Source of the DNA: Yuukianura sp. NJ FZ-2021
Lineage: Eukaryota
Reading direction: 5' to 3'
Length of the DNA: 64,000 nt
Assembly (NCBI GenBank): GCA_046563655.1
Contig: CM102283.1
Location: 8,804,001-8,868,000, forward strand
The translations under genes were made by a program, and so were the position numbers. Numbering within the stretch: the stretch's first letter is position 1; every line of letters starts with the position of its first letter. Positions 42,336 to 55,100 of this stretch are shown piece by piece. Below the pieces are notes generated by a model. The model made no database searches, was not told the origin of the DNA, and saw only the letters and a program-made list of their open reading frames with translations.

Positions 42336-44264
42336 CTGTAATTTCAAAAAAATGCAAAATTTTATAGAAAACGAAACTTTAATTTCAGTTTTCATATTCT
42401 ACCAAGACAAAAGAAGTAAGATGCGAATCTTATTATACATAATAGCAAGCAATCAGCACAAAGTGTTTCATAAATTACGCGATTTCATCACTCTCTCATC
42501 AAATGCCAACATGTTAGATTCTTTATAAGATTCATTAGTATCAAATTGTCAATCACATCAGCATTAACCGTTTGGTACATTTCAGCATACATACTTGTCA
42601 AAAATACTTGCGCAATATTTAGAACAATTTAAAACGCATGTCATTTCTGTTCAAGGTGAACTCATTTTAACCCTGAAACATTCAAAATCCAGTCCCATTG
42701 ACAAAATGAAACCAAAACCACAACAATAAAAGTTAAAAACACAAAACAAGATTGAAATGTGCCACCTTGTCCCCTACACCACCAACCACAAGAAAAAAAA
42801 ACTAAATCAGGTCAAACTAATTATCACCCCAAGAACAATCCAAGGTAGTGGTCGTGCTGCGTGCAGGTTTTGCGAAACTAAAGCTTATTCAAAATCTCCC
42901 GCCACCAAAAATTCAAAAAAATTCAATGCTCAAGTTACCGCCATCCCCAAATAATCAATGAAAATTGGGCAAGTCTAATCCGCAGAATCACGAATCGCAT
43001 ACTAACGAAATTCACCCAAAGGAAATTCAAATTGGCCAAAGTTAATTCATTTGTTGAGCCAATCCAATTGCTCACAACAGAAAAACGGCCTACGGCCAAA
43101 CGTCAATTTTTGAAATTTGCACAAAAAACTTCTTTTTTCTTCTTTAAAACTTTAAACTTGCAAAAACGTGAAGAAGCATTAAGTAACATGGGAATTAATG
43201 GTATTTAAGATTAAGTAAGGGAAGGTGTGTGATTCTGCAACTGCTTTAAAAAACGTGCAATCAACAGGAAGCCATTCATGACTTTGCCTAACTCACGGCC
43301 TGAATACTTAGAAGGTGCAAATTGGCGCTAAGAATTCAAAAGACTATGAGAATTATTAAACTTGCAAAAAAAAGTGTTATCATGCTCCTGCGCACAAAAA
43401 CTATCAAAGTTTTAGCCGCTGGCACCCACTGACATTGTCAGGCACGAGAGGTAGATGCAATTTCAATTGTAATTACCAAGTTCATACAAAAATTAAACCT
43501 CACTTTGTCATTTTTCCAAATTTAAAATTCAAAGCTCGTACGAAGTATACATAAAATAACAATTTTTTAAATTTCGTACTCAACCACTAATAAAAAAAAC
43601 ATACAAAAAATTCTTTCTTCATATGACTCAAAACTTAATTCACTTTTTTCAAATTTAAAATTCATGAAGTGACCTCATTTTTTTCTTAGTCACTCACAGC
43701 TAATTTCGGACACCTCAAAAAATTAACACGTTTTCGTCAAATAGCTGTCGAGATTTTCAGAAATAAAACGAATTTCACCGTTATGTCAAAATAACAAAGC
43801 CATTTCAGTGTTATGTTTCAAGAACACGAAATGACGTAAACGTCTGAATGCTAAAATTTCTAAAACGTTGAAATTTGTGAAACGCCGAACGTGAACCTTA
43901 CATTTAAACTTTACGTTCAAGGTAAAAACCCTTGACATTTTACTCAAGAAATTCCCATTCCTTTGATGTCTTTTCCCTAAAATCGTAATTTTCCGTAACG
44001 ACCAATTTGTTTCCTCCCCCTTCATTAAGTTTCAAGTCTCTAAAATGGCTCATTCCCTTACTACAGCAACACTCATTCCGAAGATCACACTGAACAAAAT
44101 AGGCAAATGAATCCCCCGGGCATCACAGATTCAAATTCCTCAAGTCCCGCCCTTTTCTTACTCAACTTTTAACAAACTTTCAACCTAAACTTCAACAAAA
44201 CTTGAAACTTCCTTATTCCTAGCAGATTGTTTAAGAAAAAGCACAAAAACCGAATTCCGAAGCA

Positions 44265-44346
44265 AAGCTGCTTTTCTATTGGCTATTCCCACGTTAAGCT
44301 GTTTTCCTATTGGCTAATCCAAGCTAAGCGGCTTTCCTATTGGTTA
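44265..44346. repeat. Three 30-31-bp-spaced direct repeats, each containing ATTGG (CCAAT on the minus strand)
   Basis: AAGCTGCTTTTCTATTGGCTA (44265), AAGCTGTTTTCCTATTGGCTA (44296), AAGCGGCTTTCCTATTGGTTA (44326). Confidence 0.8.
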
Positions 44347-44361
44347 ATAAATTCAAATTAA

Positions 44362-46137
44362 TTAAAGTTTACGTTTGCATGCGACCGGAAGTTGTGGTCC
44401 CATAAATTCAAATTCACTTCCGGCATCACTCCAATTCCAATTACTCCCGCCATCACTACCTGCCGGGTGCCCAACCACACTACCCGCACCCGCCGGGAAA
44501 TTACCCGGGTAATTACAGTAAATCGGTCTCCGGCTACTAACACTGCTCAAACTCGTCGTGTCATAAAACTGACACTCACTCTCACACTCACACTGGTCTC
44601 CACTATTACGTAAAATCGCATCCAAGTCCTGCAGTGTCCGCAATTCAGAGGATTGGCGCCGATTTTCAAAAAGTGTCAAATCCAAACTGTCTAATTCATT
44701 TTCCGGGTAAGGGAGAGGTTGTGGTTCGACCGCAAACGGCGGGAAACCTTGACCGCTACTAGTCAAAAACCGCATTTTCAAGTCATTCAGCGTTTGTTCC
44801 TCTTCAGTCGCTGATTCACTGGAGCTGCTACTGTTGAGGTCAACTTCGCTCATGCATTCTACGTCACAGAAATCTCCGTCGTCACTGTGCTCGTTGTCGT
44901 TTCTGAGCGACTCGGTACTTTTCGTAATTTGAACTACCGAAGTATTGGAGCTCATTCCAGCAGCATTTCCGTTTCCGGGGCAACAGTTCACCTTAGTGTC
45001 ATCTACACTCCCACGCTTGCGTAGTCCACTATCGGTAACACATGTGGATCCAATCTGTGACGAAATCGTACAAACTATGGACCCTCCGCGATAAGTCCCG
45101 CCGGGAGACTTCCAAGTATCCAATCCCGAGTCATCTCCGAGTGATAACGAGTCCGGGGAATACGAATTCCCACATTTGAAAACTTCCTCCTTGTTCCCGC
45201 TCTTTTCAAATTTCAGTTTTTCCCGGTCCTCTGAACCTAATTTCCCAAGACTTCTGTTTTTTGAACTTCCCAGAGTTGCTGTCTCACTTCTCCCCACCGG
45301 GTCCCGCTCCAACTGTTTCCTCGCTTGACGCTCTTCGGAAAAGTGACCACCTCTGTTTTTTTCGTTACCAAAATAGTTTGAATTTACCGGTCTCGGATGC
45401 TTGTGACTTTGGCTCCTTCTCAGCTGACCAGATTGAAACTTAAGATTCTTGTGTAAGATCTTCCTACTCTTACAACTACTGCACAAGTAATGATTCCTTT
45501 TGTCTGAACATCCACCGTAGAACGGCTGAAGATGAAGATTATTAGGACCATCTCCACTTCGTCTTGAGGAAGAACCAACAGAATCCTGTTGCTGTTGTGC
45601 TGCCTCACCCTCCCTAGGTTTTTCACCCCCGGAAGTGGACAGAGATTCCTTGGGGCTTGGCACTTTCTGCCTCCACTTGCCCATAACATTGTCATCTGCA
45701 TGCGACCAACTCTCTTCCCCACCAAATTCAACATCTTTCTTCAATTCAAATTCACCACAACTCGGACAACAATGGACAACTTTTCCGCTGAGCTCAAGAT
45801 CCGTTTGACTCTTGCTCCGCTGCACTCCTGCACCGCCACACCCACTCCCGCCACTTTTAAATTTCCGTTTATCTCCTACGCTAGTGCCATAGTCATTGTA
45901 TGCCACTCCCGACATGGCACGGTAAACAGTTTTGTGAGACTGGAACAACTTGAAGGCCTTGTCCCACACGAATCGCAATTTCACATTTTTATTTGAATTC
46001 GTTACACAGATTGGCACACTGCGCAAGTTTCCCGCCATTTCTTCAGTGTTGCCAGTATTCCCATCTTTGTCCTTCGCAGTACTCGGACCGCCACTTATAA
46101 ATCGAAATTCATTTGACGCATCCATTTTGTACTTCAA
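44362..46137 (-). CDS. 591-codon Ser/Gly/Cys-rich ORF; probably a giant alternative first exon of the RasGAP (donor after 44373), otherwise a nested intronless gene
   Basis: 1.8-kb open frame with higher GC than the flanking intron. AAAC|GTAAAC donor in phase 1 fits the exon at 42335, and a similar GTAAAG donor is used at 26322. No recognisable domain; isolated CxxC pairs. Confidence 0.6.
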   Translation of the reverse strand: MKYKMDASNEFRFISGGPSTAKDKDGNTGNTEEMAGNLRSVPICVTNSNKNVKLRFVWDKAFKLFQSHKTVYRAMSGVAYNDYGTSVGDKRKFKSGGSGCGGAGVQRSKSQTDLELSGKVVHCCPSCGEFELKKDVEFGGEESWSHADDNVMGKWRQKVPSPKESLSTSGGEKPREGEAAQQQQDSVGSSSRRSGDGPNNLHLQPFYGGCSDKRNHYLCSSCKSRKILHKNLKFQSGQLRRSQSHKHPRPVNSNYFGNEKNRGGHFSEERQARKQLERDPVGRSETATLGSSKNRSLGKLGSEDREKLKFEKSGNKEEVFKCGNSYSPDSLSLGDDSGLDTWKSPGGTYRGGSIVCTISSQIGSTCVTDSGLRKRGSVDDTKVNCCPGNGNAAGMSSNTSVVQITKSTESLRNDNEHSDDGDFCDVECMSEVDLNSSSSSESATEEEQTLNDLKMRFLTSSGQGFPPFAVEPQPLPYPENELDSLDLTLFENRRQSSELRTLQDLDAILRNSGDQCECESECQFYDTTSLSSVSSRRPIYCNYPGNFPAGAGSVVGHPAGSDGGSNWNWSDAGSEFEFMGPQLPVACKRKL

Positions 46138-49100
46138 AAATCTTCAAAATTCGCAGAATCTCAAAAGTGACAAAATCTTCTTGAAATTGGCAAAAATTCT
46201 CTCAGAAATCGTCGATTTTCTTTATCGGAGAGCAATGACCGCTACCACGTGACTTGAAAATTGAATTGATTAGACAATTGCACCAAAAGAACAAAAGTTT
46301 ACAACATTTGGGAATTCCTTTTCATCTTGTTCTTGAGTGTTTCCAAAACTATAAAAGACGACTGCCGTTAGGAAAGCTGTTGTACTAAAAGTATCCTGCA
46401 ATGTCCGATTTCCTTTTGCATCATAACCATTGCAATTGTCATCTTTGCAAAACAACAAAAAATTGCACAAAATTGTCACAGAGAGGAGTTTCCTTCCCAT
46501 AAAATTGTTTTTCCTTCACGATTCTTCAGTTACGCACTTAAAAACACTCATGGCCTCTCAGTCCACTATTTCTTCATTCCACTATTTTTTCTATGCCAAA
46601 AGCATCAAATTGCACGCCTTGTTAATCCCTACTACTTTGCCAATTGTGTTCAAGCACTTGAGAGCTTATTCTTCATTGATCGCCAAAATCCAATCCAGAT
46701 ACTCCAAATGTCCAACTCACCGTGGCACCGTGTCCGCACCGTTGTGAAAAAACGGGACTTGGTAACAGTGACAAAGTAAAGTTATAGGTTAGGTCCCTAC
46801 CCTAACAAATTCAGTGTCCATGCTACCGGAACGTCCATTATGAGAAAAGCACAAGGTAGGTTTCAATCTCCTAAGTTCATTGTTCCGGTTTCAGCACTTC
46901 CATTCTCATCCAATATCACTCCACATCCACTTTCCCAGCATATACTGCTCAAGTATCCAGTATATACTGGCAGCACCACACAAAACAAATCAAGTTCTTA
47001 CAAAAAATAGGATTGAATGGATCAACCAAAGCGTGAAATCAGGAGATTACATCTTCAGAATGATTTTTTTAACTGGGCCTGCGCGTTGTGACTTCCAAAC
47101 TGTCGCTGAACTTCTACATTTTCAGTGCAAAAAAAAAAGAAGTTCGATCGACTTTTCCCCGATTTTACGGAGTTTAATCTTCACTTGAGTCTCGGCTGAT
47201 CAATTTTCTCTTCCATAAAAACAGAAATGGTCGATCCGTAAAAAACGTAAGACTGAGTTCAAAATGGAGGATCTTGGGCAAAATGGCGGGAATTTTAGAA
47301 AAAACACACAATAAAAGAGGAACAATAGGATCAAATTTCCTTTCTCATTGTTTTGTTCAACGTTTCTTTAGAAGAAGCTGCGTTTCCAGTTGCGTTCTGC
47401 GATACGGCGTTGGCGTACGTGCGAAGATCCAGAAGAACAATAGAAAGACTTGGATATTGGAAAACTGGAACGTCTTTCAAATCTAATCCAATTTTCAAAG
47501 TCTAAACTTTCCCGCCTTATCTCTCTCACACTCAGCACTTGGAACAGAGAAAGCCTTTGAATTCAAATTAGCTTTCACTACAATTTCTCCCTTCATTCAC
47601 TAAATCCACTTCACTCTTTGAAAATTATTTTCAACCAAAAACCCTCGAAATTCAAAATTTCACAAAAATCCATTGTCACTCAAAACCTCCAAAATTCTAC
47701 GACACTAAAAATGTTCACAAAAATCCTCATTAGCACTCTCAAAATTCCCCGAAATTTTTCTCTCTCTTGTCCGCACTTTCGAAATTTCCAACAGGAAAAC
47801 CAGGAGCCTTGTCCTTGCCAGCGTCACTCACTGCCACTGACTCAACTGTTGATCAGAGTCACACTAAACACTATGCACATTGTTCGTCTTCCTTAGTCAA
47901 AGTTTTAACAACCACTACACAAAATATGATCGTATCTCAAGATCTGATGAATCCCAGGAGGGACATTTAAATTTCCCTGTAGTCAAGGGCACACAGCACA
48001 ACAAACTAAATCCTCAGCAGCAGTCAAAGATCCTCAAGATACAAAAACGACGATAATGACAATACAGCCTCAAAAACCTGCCAAACTTCCCTCCGCTGAC
48101 ACACTTACTCCCATTGGCACAATAAAATTTAACGCCCCAAACTTCAACTTTTATTCAAAGATCCTCATCTTTCGAGACTGATGGACCAAATGAAACAAAA
48201 AACTCTCAACACTACTCACAAGTCACAAAAACTTACAGGAATTCAATGACTCAAAAACTAAATCTCCAATTCCACTGAAAAAACTTCAAAACTGTGCAAT
48301 TCAGGTAGTACCAAATTGCCACTTAAACTTTCAGCGTGCCAAAAAGTGGCTACCTTGCACCTAACACAATCTTTTTTAGCGTGCAGCCTCTGTACGTTAT
48401 GAAAACCTACTGAACAGTGACACTACACGTTTAGAAATGAATTCAATTCAAGTCTCCTACAATCCCTCTCTTCATTCCTCCTTTTTCCCACCTCCATTTT
48501 CAAATACAACCCTACCTAATGTGAATGTCAATAAAACGTACACTAAAATACATACCATATTCAACAATATGCACAGCATCAACATTCATTGGCACTTTAG
48601 TCTACGCCTAACCTAAACAGACAAAGAGGCAGCGCCAAAATTCAAGTCATAAATAATAACCAGTATTCATTTCAGTTTCGCCTTGTCTAGAGTAGAACAT
48701 GAGTCAACTTAAGAAGGTGCTAAAAACTCAAAATTTCAATTACACTTAACTTCAAATTCTTCAACTTTTACGATAGTACATGCTACCTCGTAACTCCCTT
48801 TTTCAAAAATCCCAAATAACTACTACCCATTTTTTTGCACGTTCGAAATCTTTTTTCTTCCTAGTCATGTCGCAAAATCTCTTCCAAAATCATACGAGAT
48901 GTACTAAAAAGTGAAATGAATTACAGTAATTACAATGATATGCACAATCCAACTAGTACCAAAAAAAGTAAAACTTTCACTAAAATTCGAGTTAGCCATA
49001 TTTAACCTCATGTGGTTTCACTTTCTCCCCATTTGCATAAATAACAGACATCATATGACCAACATAATTTCCATTGTTTTAAATCCCAATTACTCAATTA

Positions 49101-52100
49101 CAAATCGACAGTAGCAAAGTAGCATTACAAATCAATCAGTTTTCAAAGTTTCAAATTGCATAAATAAATTTTCAAAATTTCAGTTGTTTGACCCCACCTC
49201 CCTCCAAGATGACCCTACTGCGAGAGAGATTATAAGAAAAGTAATTGTGACATAAATTGCTTAGCAAACATCCCACGAGGAAAAAGAAAAAACGTTCTTT
49301 CCGCTCATGCGCCCAAAGATTATCCCGTCATTTTCCACTTGAACATGACACACAATAGACTCAAATGCATTTACTTTTTGAAATTTTTTATTTTTTTCAA
49401 AAAATGATGTTGTTTGTCAAGAGTGTAATGCAGGAAAAAGCAGGTTGTTGGAGCTGTAAACCTTGTCTCACCGGCTCAAAAGTTCAAAAATTAACATAAA
49501 TACTTACTTCTGTCCACCATAACAAAAACATTTGAAACAAACGACACCAAAAAACTAAAAACCTAATCTCCCAAAATTGAAAATGACAGGAAGACACACA
49601 GTGTAAAATACGGCGCTAAAATTTAAATCTCATGACATTATTCTTCTTCTTAACAAAATTTGATGCCACCAACGCCGCTTTCCAAACCCTCACTAAAAAT
49701 TCGTATTCACTAAAAATTCAAAAAACTGGATGTTACAATACAAATATTTTACTCCAGAGGGTTCCATGCCGGAAATTTCATAAAATGTGCCTATTATTTA
49801 TAGGTCAAGCGTTTGTAGTTTATGAGGTCACGCAACCAGCACTGTCCCAAGATGGCCATTGGTCACAAACAACAACAAAAAGAAGCAAAAAGGTTTCCAG
49901 CATCAGGAACTTGATGTTGCCCATTTTCTATTTTTATGAGCCGACTTTGAATTGAACCACTTTCCATTTCAAAACGACCACTTCAGCCCAAGATCAGTGT
50001 CCACTCTCCTCTCAGAATACAATAACCATTTGGACATTCATTCTCTACCGACTCACTGGTTCTTACGACATCACATTCTCCATTTTGAATGTCATTTTGC
50101 AAAAAGCAAAAGTAGTTCAACCTATTTCCTTCTCCACTCAAAAAAAAAGCCTAACCTGATTCTTAAATGCCATTGTCCCTCTGCATCGATTTCAACTCAT
50201 CATCAACCAAATCCCCACAATTAAACTTTCTCAAAAAATGTAAGAAAATCACATTTTTCAATTATTTCCAAATTCCCAAATTTTCAAATTCTCCACTTTT
50301 TCTGCCACCCTGTCATTAGCTTCACAAACTCAATTTAACCAAAGCGAAACTTTTTTTCAATTTTACATTTTTTTTTCGAAATTACGCCAACTCACGTGGA
50401 GAAACTCAGAACGTGAGAAACCGAGTGATCAGGTAAATCTTTTCAATTTAAAAAAGAAAACAATGTTTTCCATTTCGCAAACTGTCGAATCATCCCCCGT
50501 TCCCAATAAAAGACGAAGATGATGATTGGATTTGGTTAGTAAATGGCACTGTCACTGCCAACTAAAAGAAGAAACGACGTTTCCTATTGGTCCATTTGTA
50601 CCAAAATCCAACACTAACCATGAAATTACGTCTCTGTCCATCTCCCTTCGAGATGGATTCAATTTCCCTCATTAGTAAGTCCCATTTAAGGATCTCAAGG
50701 GCTTTTCTCTTTTACATTTTGCATGTACAAAGTCAAGTTCAAGACCAACGTCACGACAAGACACTAAACAAAAATCGACTATTCTCTGCGCAACTATCTT
50801 TTTATACAACAATTTCTGCAATTTTTTGCAATGTGTATTGAATTGCAAAATCAATTCATCATTTATTATGCCTCCGTGCCAATCAAACCCTATCTTACGA
50901 TTAGTTCCTCAACTTTTTTCATTTCTTTCTTGTCAAAATTTCCCGTATACTTGTAATTGCACTTCATTTTTGCTAATTTTTAAATCGTGCTTGTATTACT
51001 TTTTAATTAGCAAAAACAACACCCAGAGCCTCTAAATAAATGACACCTTTCAATACTTTTCCTCAAAATTGATTTAGTACAAGTCCAATTAATTTTCTGA
51101 CATCAAAAAAACACTAAATCAAAAGCAAAGATCTTAATTTTTTCTCCAGAAAACATACGGGCTCGAAATGTTGCAACATGCTAACCAATTATTTCGAAAA
51201 CTGCCGCATTACAAAAGTTACGACACAAAAAACATGTAACATAAAAACAGCTTAGCCAAAGAAGAAAAAATCCGCATGCACGTTCATTTGAGCAAATGAT
51301 TTTGCACAAAACTCAAAATCCGCTTAAAATTACTTGAGTGCTGGTTGCAAAATGAGTTAAATTCGTAAATAATTGACAGAAAACGAAAACAAAGGCTCAT
51401 GAAACTTTCCATTTCAAATAGTATTTACTGCTTTTGAACAAAAAAGAGCTGCGTTAGTAGTCTCTAATCTTCCCCAGATGCCGAGGTTCACTCGGAATAA
51501 GAAATGAAGACAAAAGAGATTATGGAGAAAACGCGCGAGATTCAAAAACAAAACTTTCTCTCTCACATTCTCCAAAAGGCTTCCAAGTTTACGAAAATAC
51601 CAGCCGAAAGAAACCATCTTGCAAAACTCCCACGTTCTACCATCAGCACTACACAAAATTTACGCAAAATCCGCTTTTTCTTCATTTTCATTCTTTAGTA
51701 CTATCCAACTCAGGCGTAACTTCAAAAAAAAAACTCAACTCTGCTCAAAACCTTAATGATATCCTGCCACGGAAGAATGCGGGATGTTTGCTAGCAAAAT
51801 AATCCTGTATGAGTTTGAGTTTTCAAAACTTTCCGCCAAAAATTTCACAGTTTAAAAAACTTTCTAAAAAGCAAGCACAAACCTAAACCCCTTAATTACA
51901 TTTAGATTAACAATTTGAAAATTTCATTGCCCTCATTTTCAAAATTAAAATCTCACAAACGTCTTCTCTTCGAAAACGTTTTTCAAAATTTTGGATCTTG
52001 CTCATTAATTTCGTATTCCAGCAACTTTTTATAAGCTCTTCAAAAACGCTCTTCGCTCATCCCACAAAAACTTTTGCAGTCAAAATCACCCAGTTACCTA

Positions 52101-55100
52101 ACCTCAAACTACCATAAAAAAGCAGTGTTAAATTAAATTTTAACTTCGACTTCAATTTATTTCGAAAAAAAAGTCAACTTTTTCTTCTCGTGGAACAAAA
52201 ATGTACACAGGATGAGTTTCAATCCAACTTTTCATGTGGGTTTATTTTTTAGTAAGGCTTATCTAATTAACATAGAACAAAAAACCCCGCCCTTTTGAAA
52301 CAAGTGACAACGGAAAAAGACTATTAAAAAATTGAGGTCACACTTTGACCCGAACTTTTTTCATTTTTCATTTTTTTTTATATTCCAACTCGACCACACC
52401 AAAACACATCCCTCCATGCAATTTCCTGTTGGCATTTTATCACTATAGGCACTTGCGAATTCTATCACTCCGACATTTCGCAATTTTTTGACGAGCGAAA
52501 TCAAATCTTGCGGAAAATCAACTTATGAAAAAATGAAAACCGTAATTGGACTTGCGGTTTTTTGCAAGTGCTGAAAACTGTCATGCTGTGAGCACAGTGG
52601 GAAACAACAAAACCATAATTGGTCTAATTGTCTAACGACAAAATCTCACAACTAAAACTCGGACTTTAACGGCAATTGCATGAAAAACGAAAAAAAAAAA
52701 CATATCAGTACATCATCCCCCCAATGAGATAAACACTTAAATGTACATGCGTACATGTACGAATTTTTGAATAGGATTTCAAAAACTTCGAATTTCCTAC
52801 ACATCTCCCACACAATTGGAGAAAATTAATGGTTTACCTGTGCACAATTTAGTGTAATGTTCCCAAAATGAAACTTAAAAAGGAGTTGAACTGCGCTGAA
52901 TTCAAACTTGACAAACTACATCCACAAAACATAAAAATGGAAATCAAACGCCTTTCCTGTTTTTTTTTCTTTCGAAAAATGTAAAAGCCTAAGTCCAAAA
53001 TTGTCGAAAAATTAAAAAAAAAAACCCTTCCCTACAGGATCCGAAAAATTGTGGGTCCATTTTGAAACTTTCAAAAAATTTTTTTTTTGTTTTTCTCGTT
53101 CTCTTTACTTTTTATCGTGCTAAAACCCATTTGGAGAAGTTTTTAGACAAAACTTTAGTAAAAATTAGTCCAAGAATTGTGCCAAAATGTCTCTGCCAAT
53201 TGTCAAAGTGCTGCCAAATGCTAAAACATGCTCTTTGCAGTTGGTGGAAGTCCATTGACCTCAATCCACTTTTTTTTCTTCCTGTGACTCCGAACTGTTT
53301 CAAATCATTAAGTTGATTAACAAATTACAATTACAAATGAGTCAAAAAACAAAACGTGAGCATTCGTTTTTAAGAACACGAAACAATAACAATTGTAACC
53401 ACACTTTAAATCACTACGTTTTGAATTTACCCCACTTAAAAAAACTTGCTTTCCGTTCTACATTTTCAGAAGTTGAATAATCCAGCAACCAAAGCTTTGT
53501 TTTCTACCTACCAATTTTAACTTTTTCATTTCCGCAATCTCTGTTAAGTAATTATTCAAAAAAGCTCCACTTTCATCATAAACCCTTCAATGTTTTTGCA
53601 AAATTGCAAAAACTTCAACATTTAATTCGTTTGATCTCAATTCAAAAGTCATTATAGTTAGAACAAACGGAGCAATAACAAGACTAACCACAACTTATGA
53701 ATTAAATCTGCCTCAAATTACTCATTCTTCTTCAAAAGTCATTCAAGTTTTCAAAATCCGTGAATTAATAGGCTCTCAAAACAGGAAATAAAAACGTCTT
53801 CCTTCAAGTGGTCTCAAATTATTGCAAATTAAGTATAATCTTACAAAAAAACTGAAGCACTTCGAATTAAAATCTTATCCGCAAAGTGACCTTGTTGGCA
53901 CGTAAATGCAAATCAACGTTAAACCATTTCATCCACGCCTTTTCTTCCTCTTATCATTGCCATTGAATGTTAGTGCAAAAATCTCATGCGCAAAACTTTT
54001 TTGCAACGCCACCTTCATCATTTTTTTCGTTTTTAATTAATTCAAAGTCATTTCCTTGGTCATATCACATCACGCTGCTAAACGAATCTAATCTCTCGCC
54101 ATTCCTCAAGAAAAATCTAGTTAAAAATCTCCTCTAGGCAATGAATCTCAAAATCTTCGTAGATTTTCTGATTCTAATCAAATCCAGTCCTGTTTCTAAA
54201 AAATTTCACCAACCACCAAAAAATTTCTTCCACAAATTGAAACCCAATTGGGAAATCAAGCTCATTTTCTCCACTTTCCCAAAAAAAAAAAACCAGCTAA
54301 ACTGCTTGAAATGGCGCTAATTTATAATTCCAAATTCACCATCTCAAAATTGCTTTGGGATTACAAAGATCCAGACTCTGCATGCATCTTTCGTAAAAAT
54401 TCGCAGGATCAACACAAGTCTTCAAAAATCCCAAAACCATCCATCCCTTCCAGCCTCTTTTTTTAATTCCCACTCAAGAGTCTCTCAAAATCTCCCAGTT
54501 TGAAGCCAAAAGTCGCTCAAATTTTGAAAATCTTTCATTTTCAACCACAACCTAGCCAAAATCCACAAAAACCGTCAAGCTACTCTTCACATTTTCTGCA
54601 GCCTTACTTTCCCCATGTCACCACAAACTCTTGGCAAACTCTCGCTATGGAACCACTTTGGCAAAGTCTGTTACTTTAGTCTGTAACACTCCGACTTTAT
54701 CCCATTTTAATCGCCTAGTTCTACCACCACCAAATTTAAATCTACATGTTACTCTACTTTTCCCGCTCTTTTGGTACGAAAATCAATTGACGCCCGGAAG
54801 CAGTCCCTCGGTGCCAGGTCATTAGCCCCTCCTGACGCCTCTACGCCAAAAATGTCATTTGCCATTTGTGCACCAACTCAACCTAAAGTATTCTTTTCAT
54901 TTCATTAAACTCACCATCTACCTCGTTTTCAAATTTCAAAATTCCCTCTGATCCATATTCAACTTTTACTAAAAATCAAATCTCAACGAAAGGCTCAGCA
55001 ACTTCAAAAAAAAATCCTGAAAGTGTTTACAAGTCCGAAAAAAATCAGTAAACTTCTACCCGCTTTCAACTCACTGCTAAGCGTCTCACGGCATAATCTT

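Noticed and set aside
43293-43302. CAG-GCC-GTGAGT on the minus strand, a possible 3-nt microexon of the RasGAP
   Set aside because: Weak polypyrimidine tract and no independent support; such matches arise by chance.
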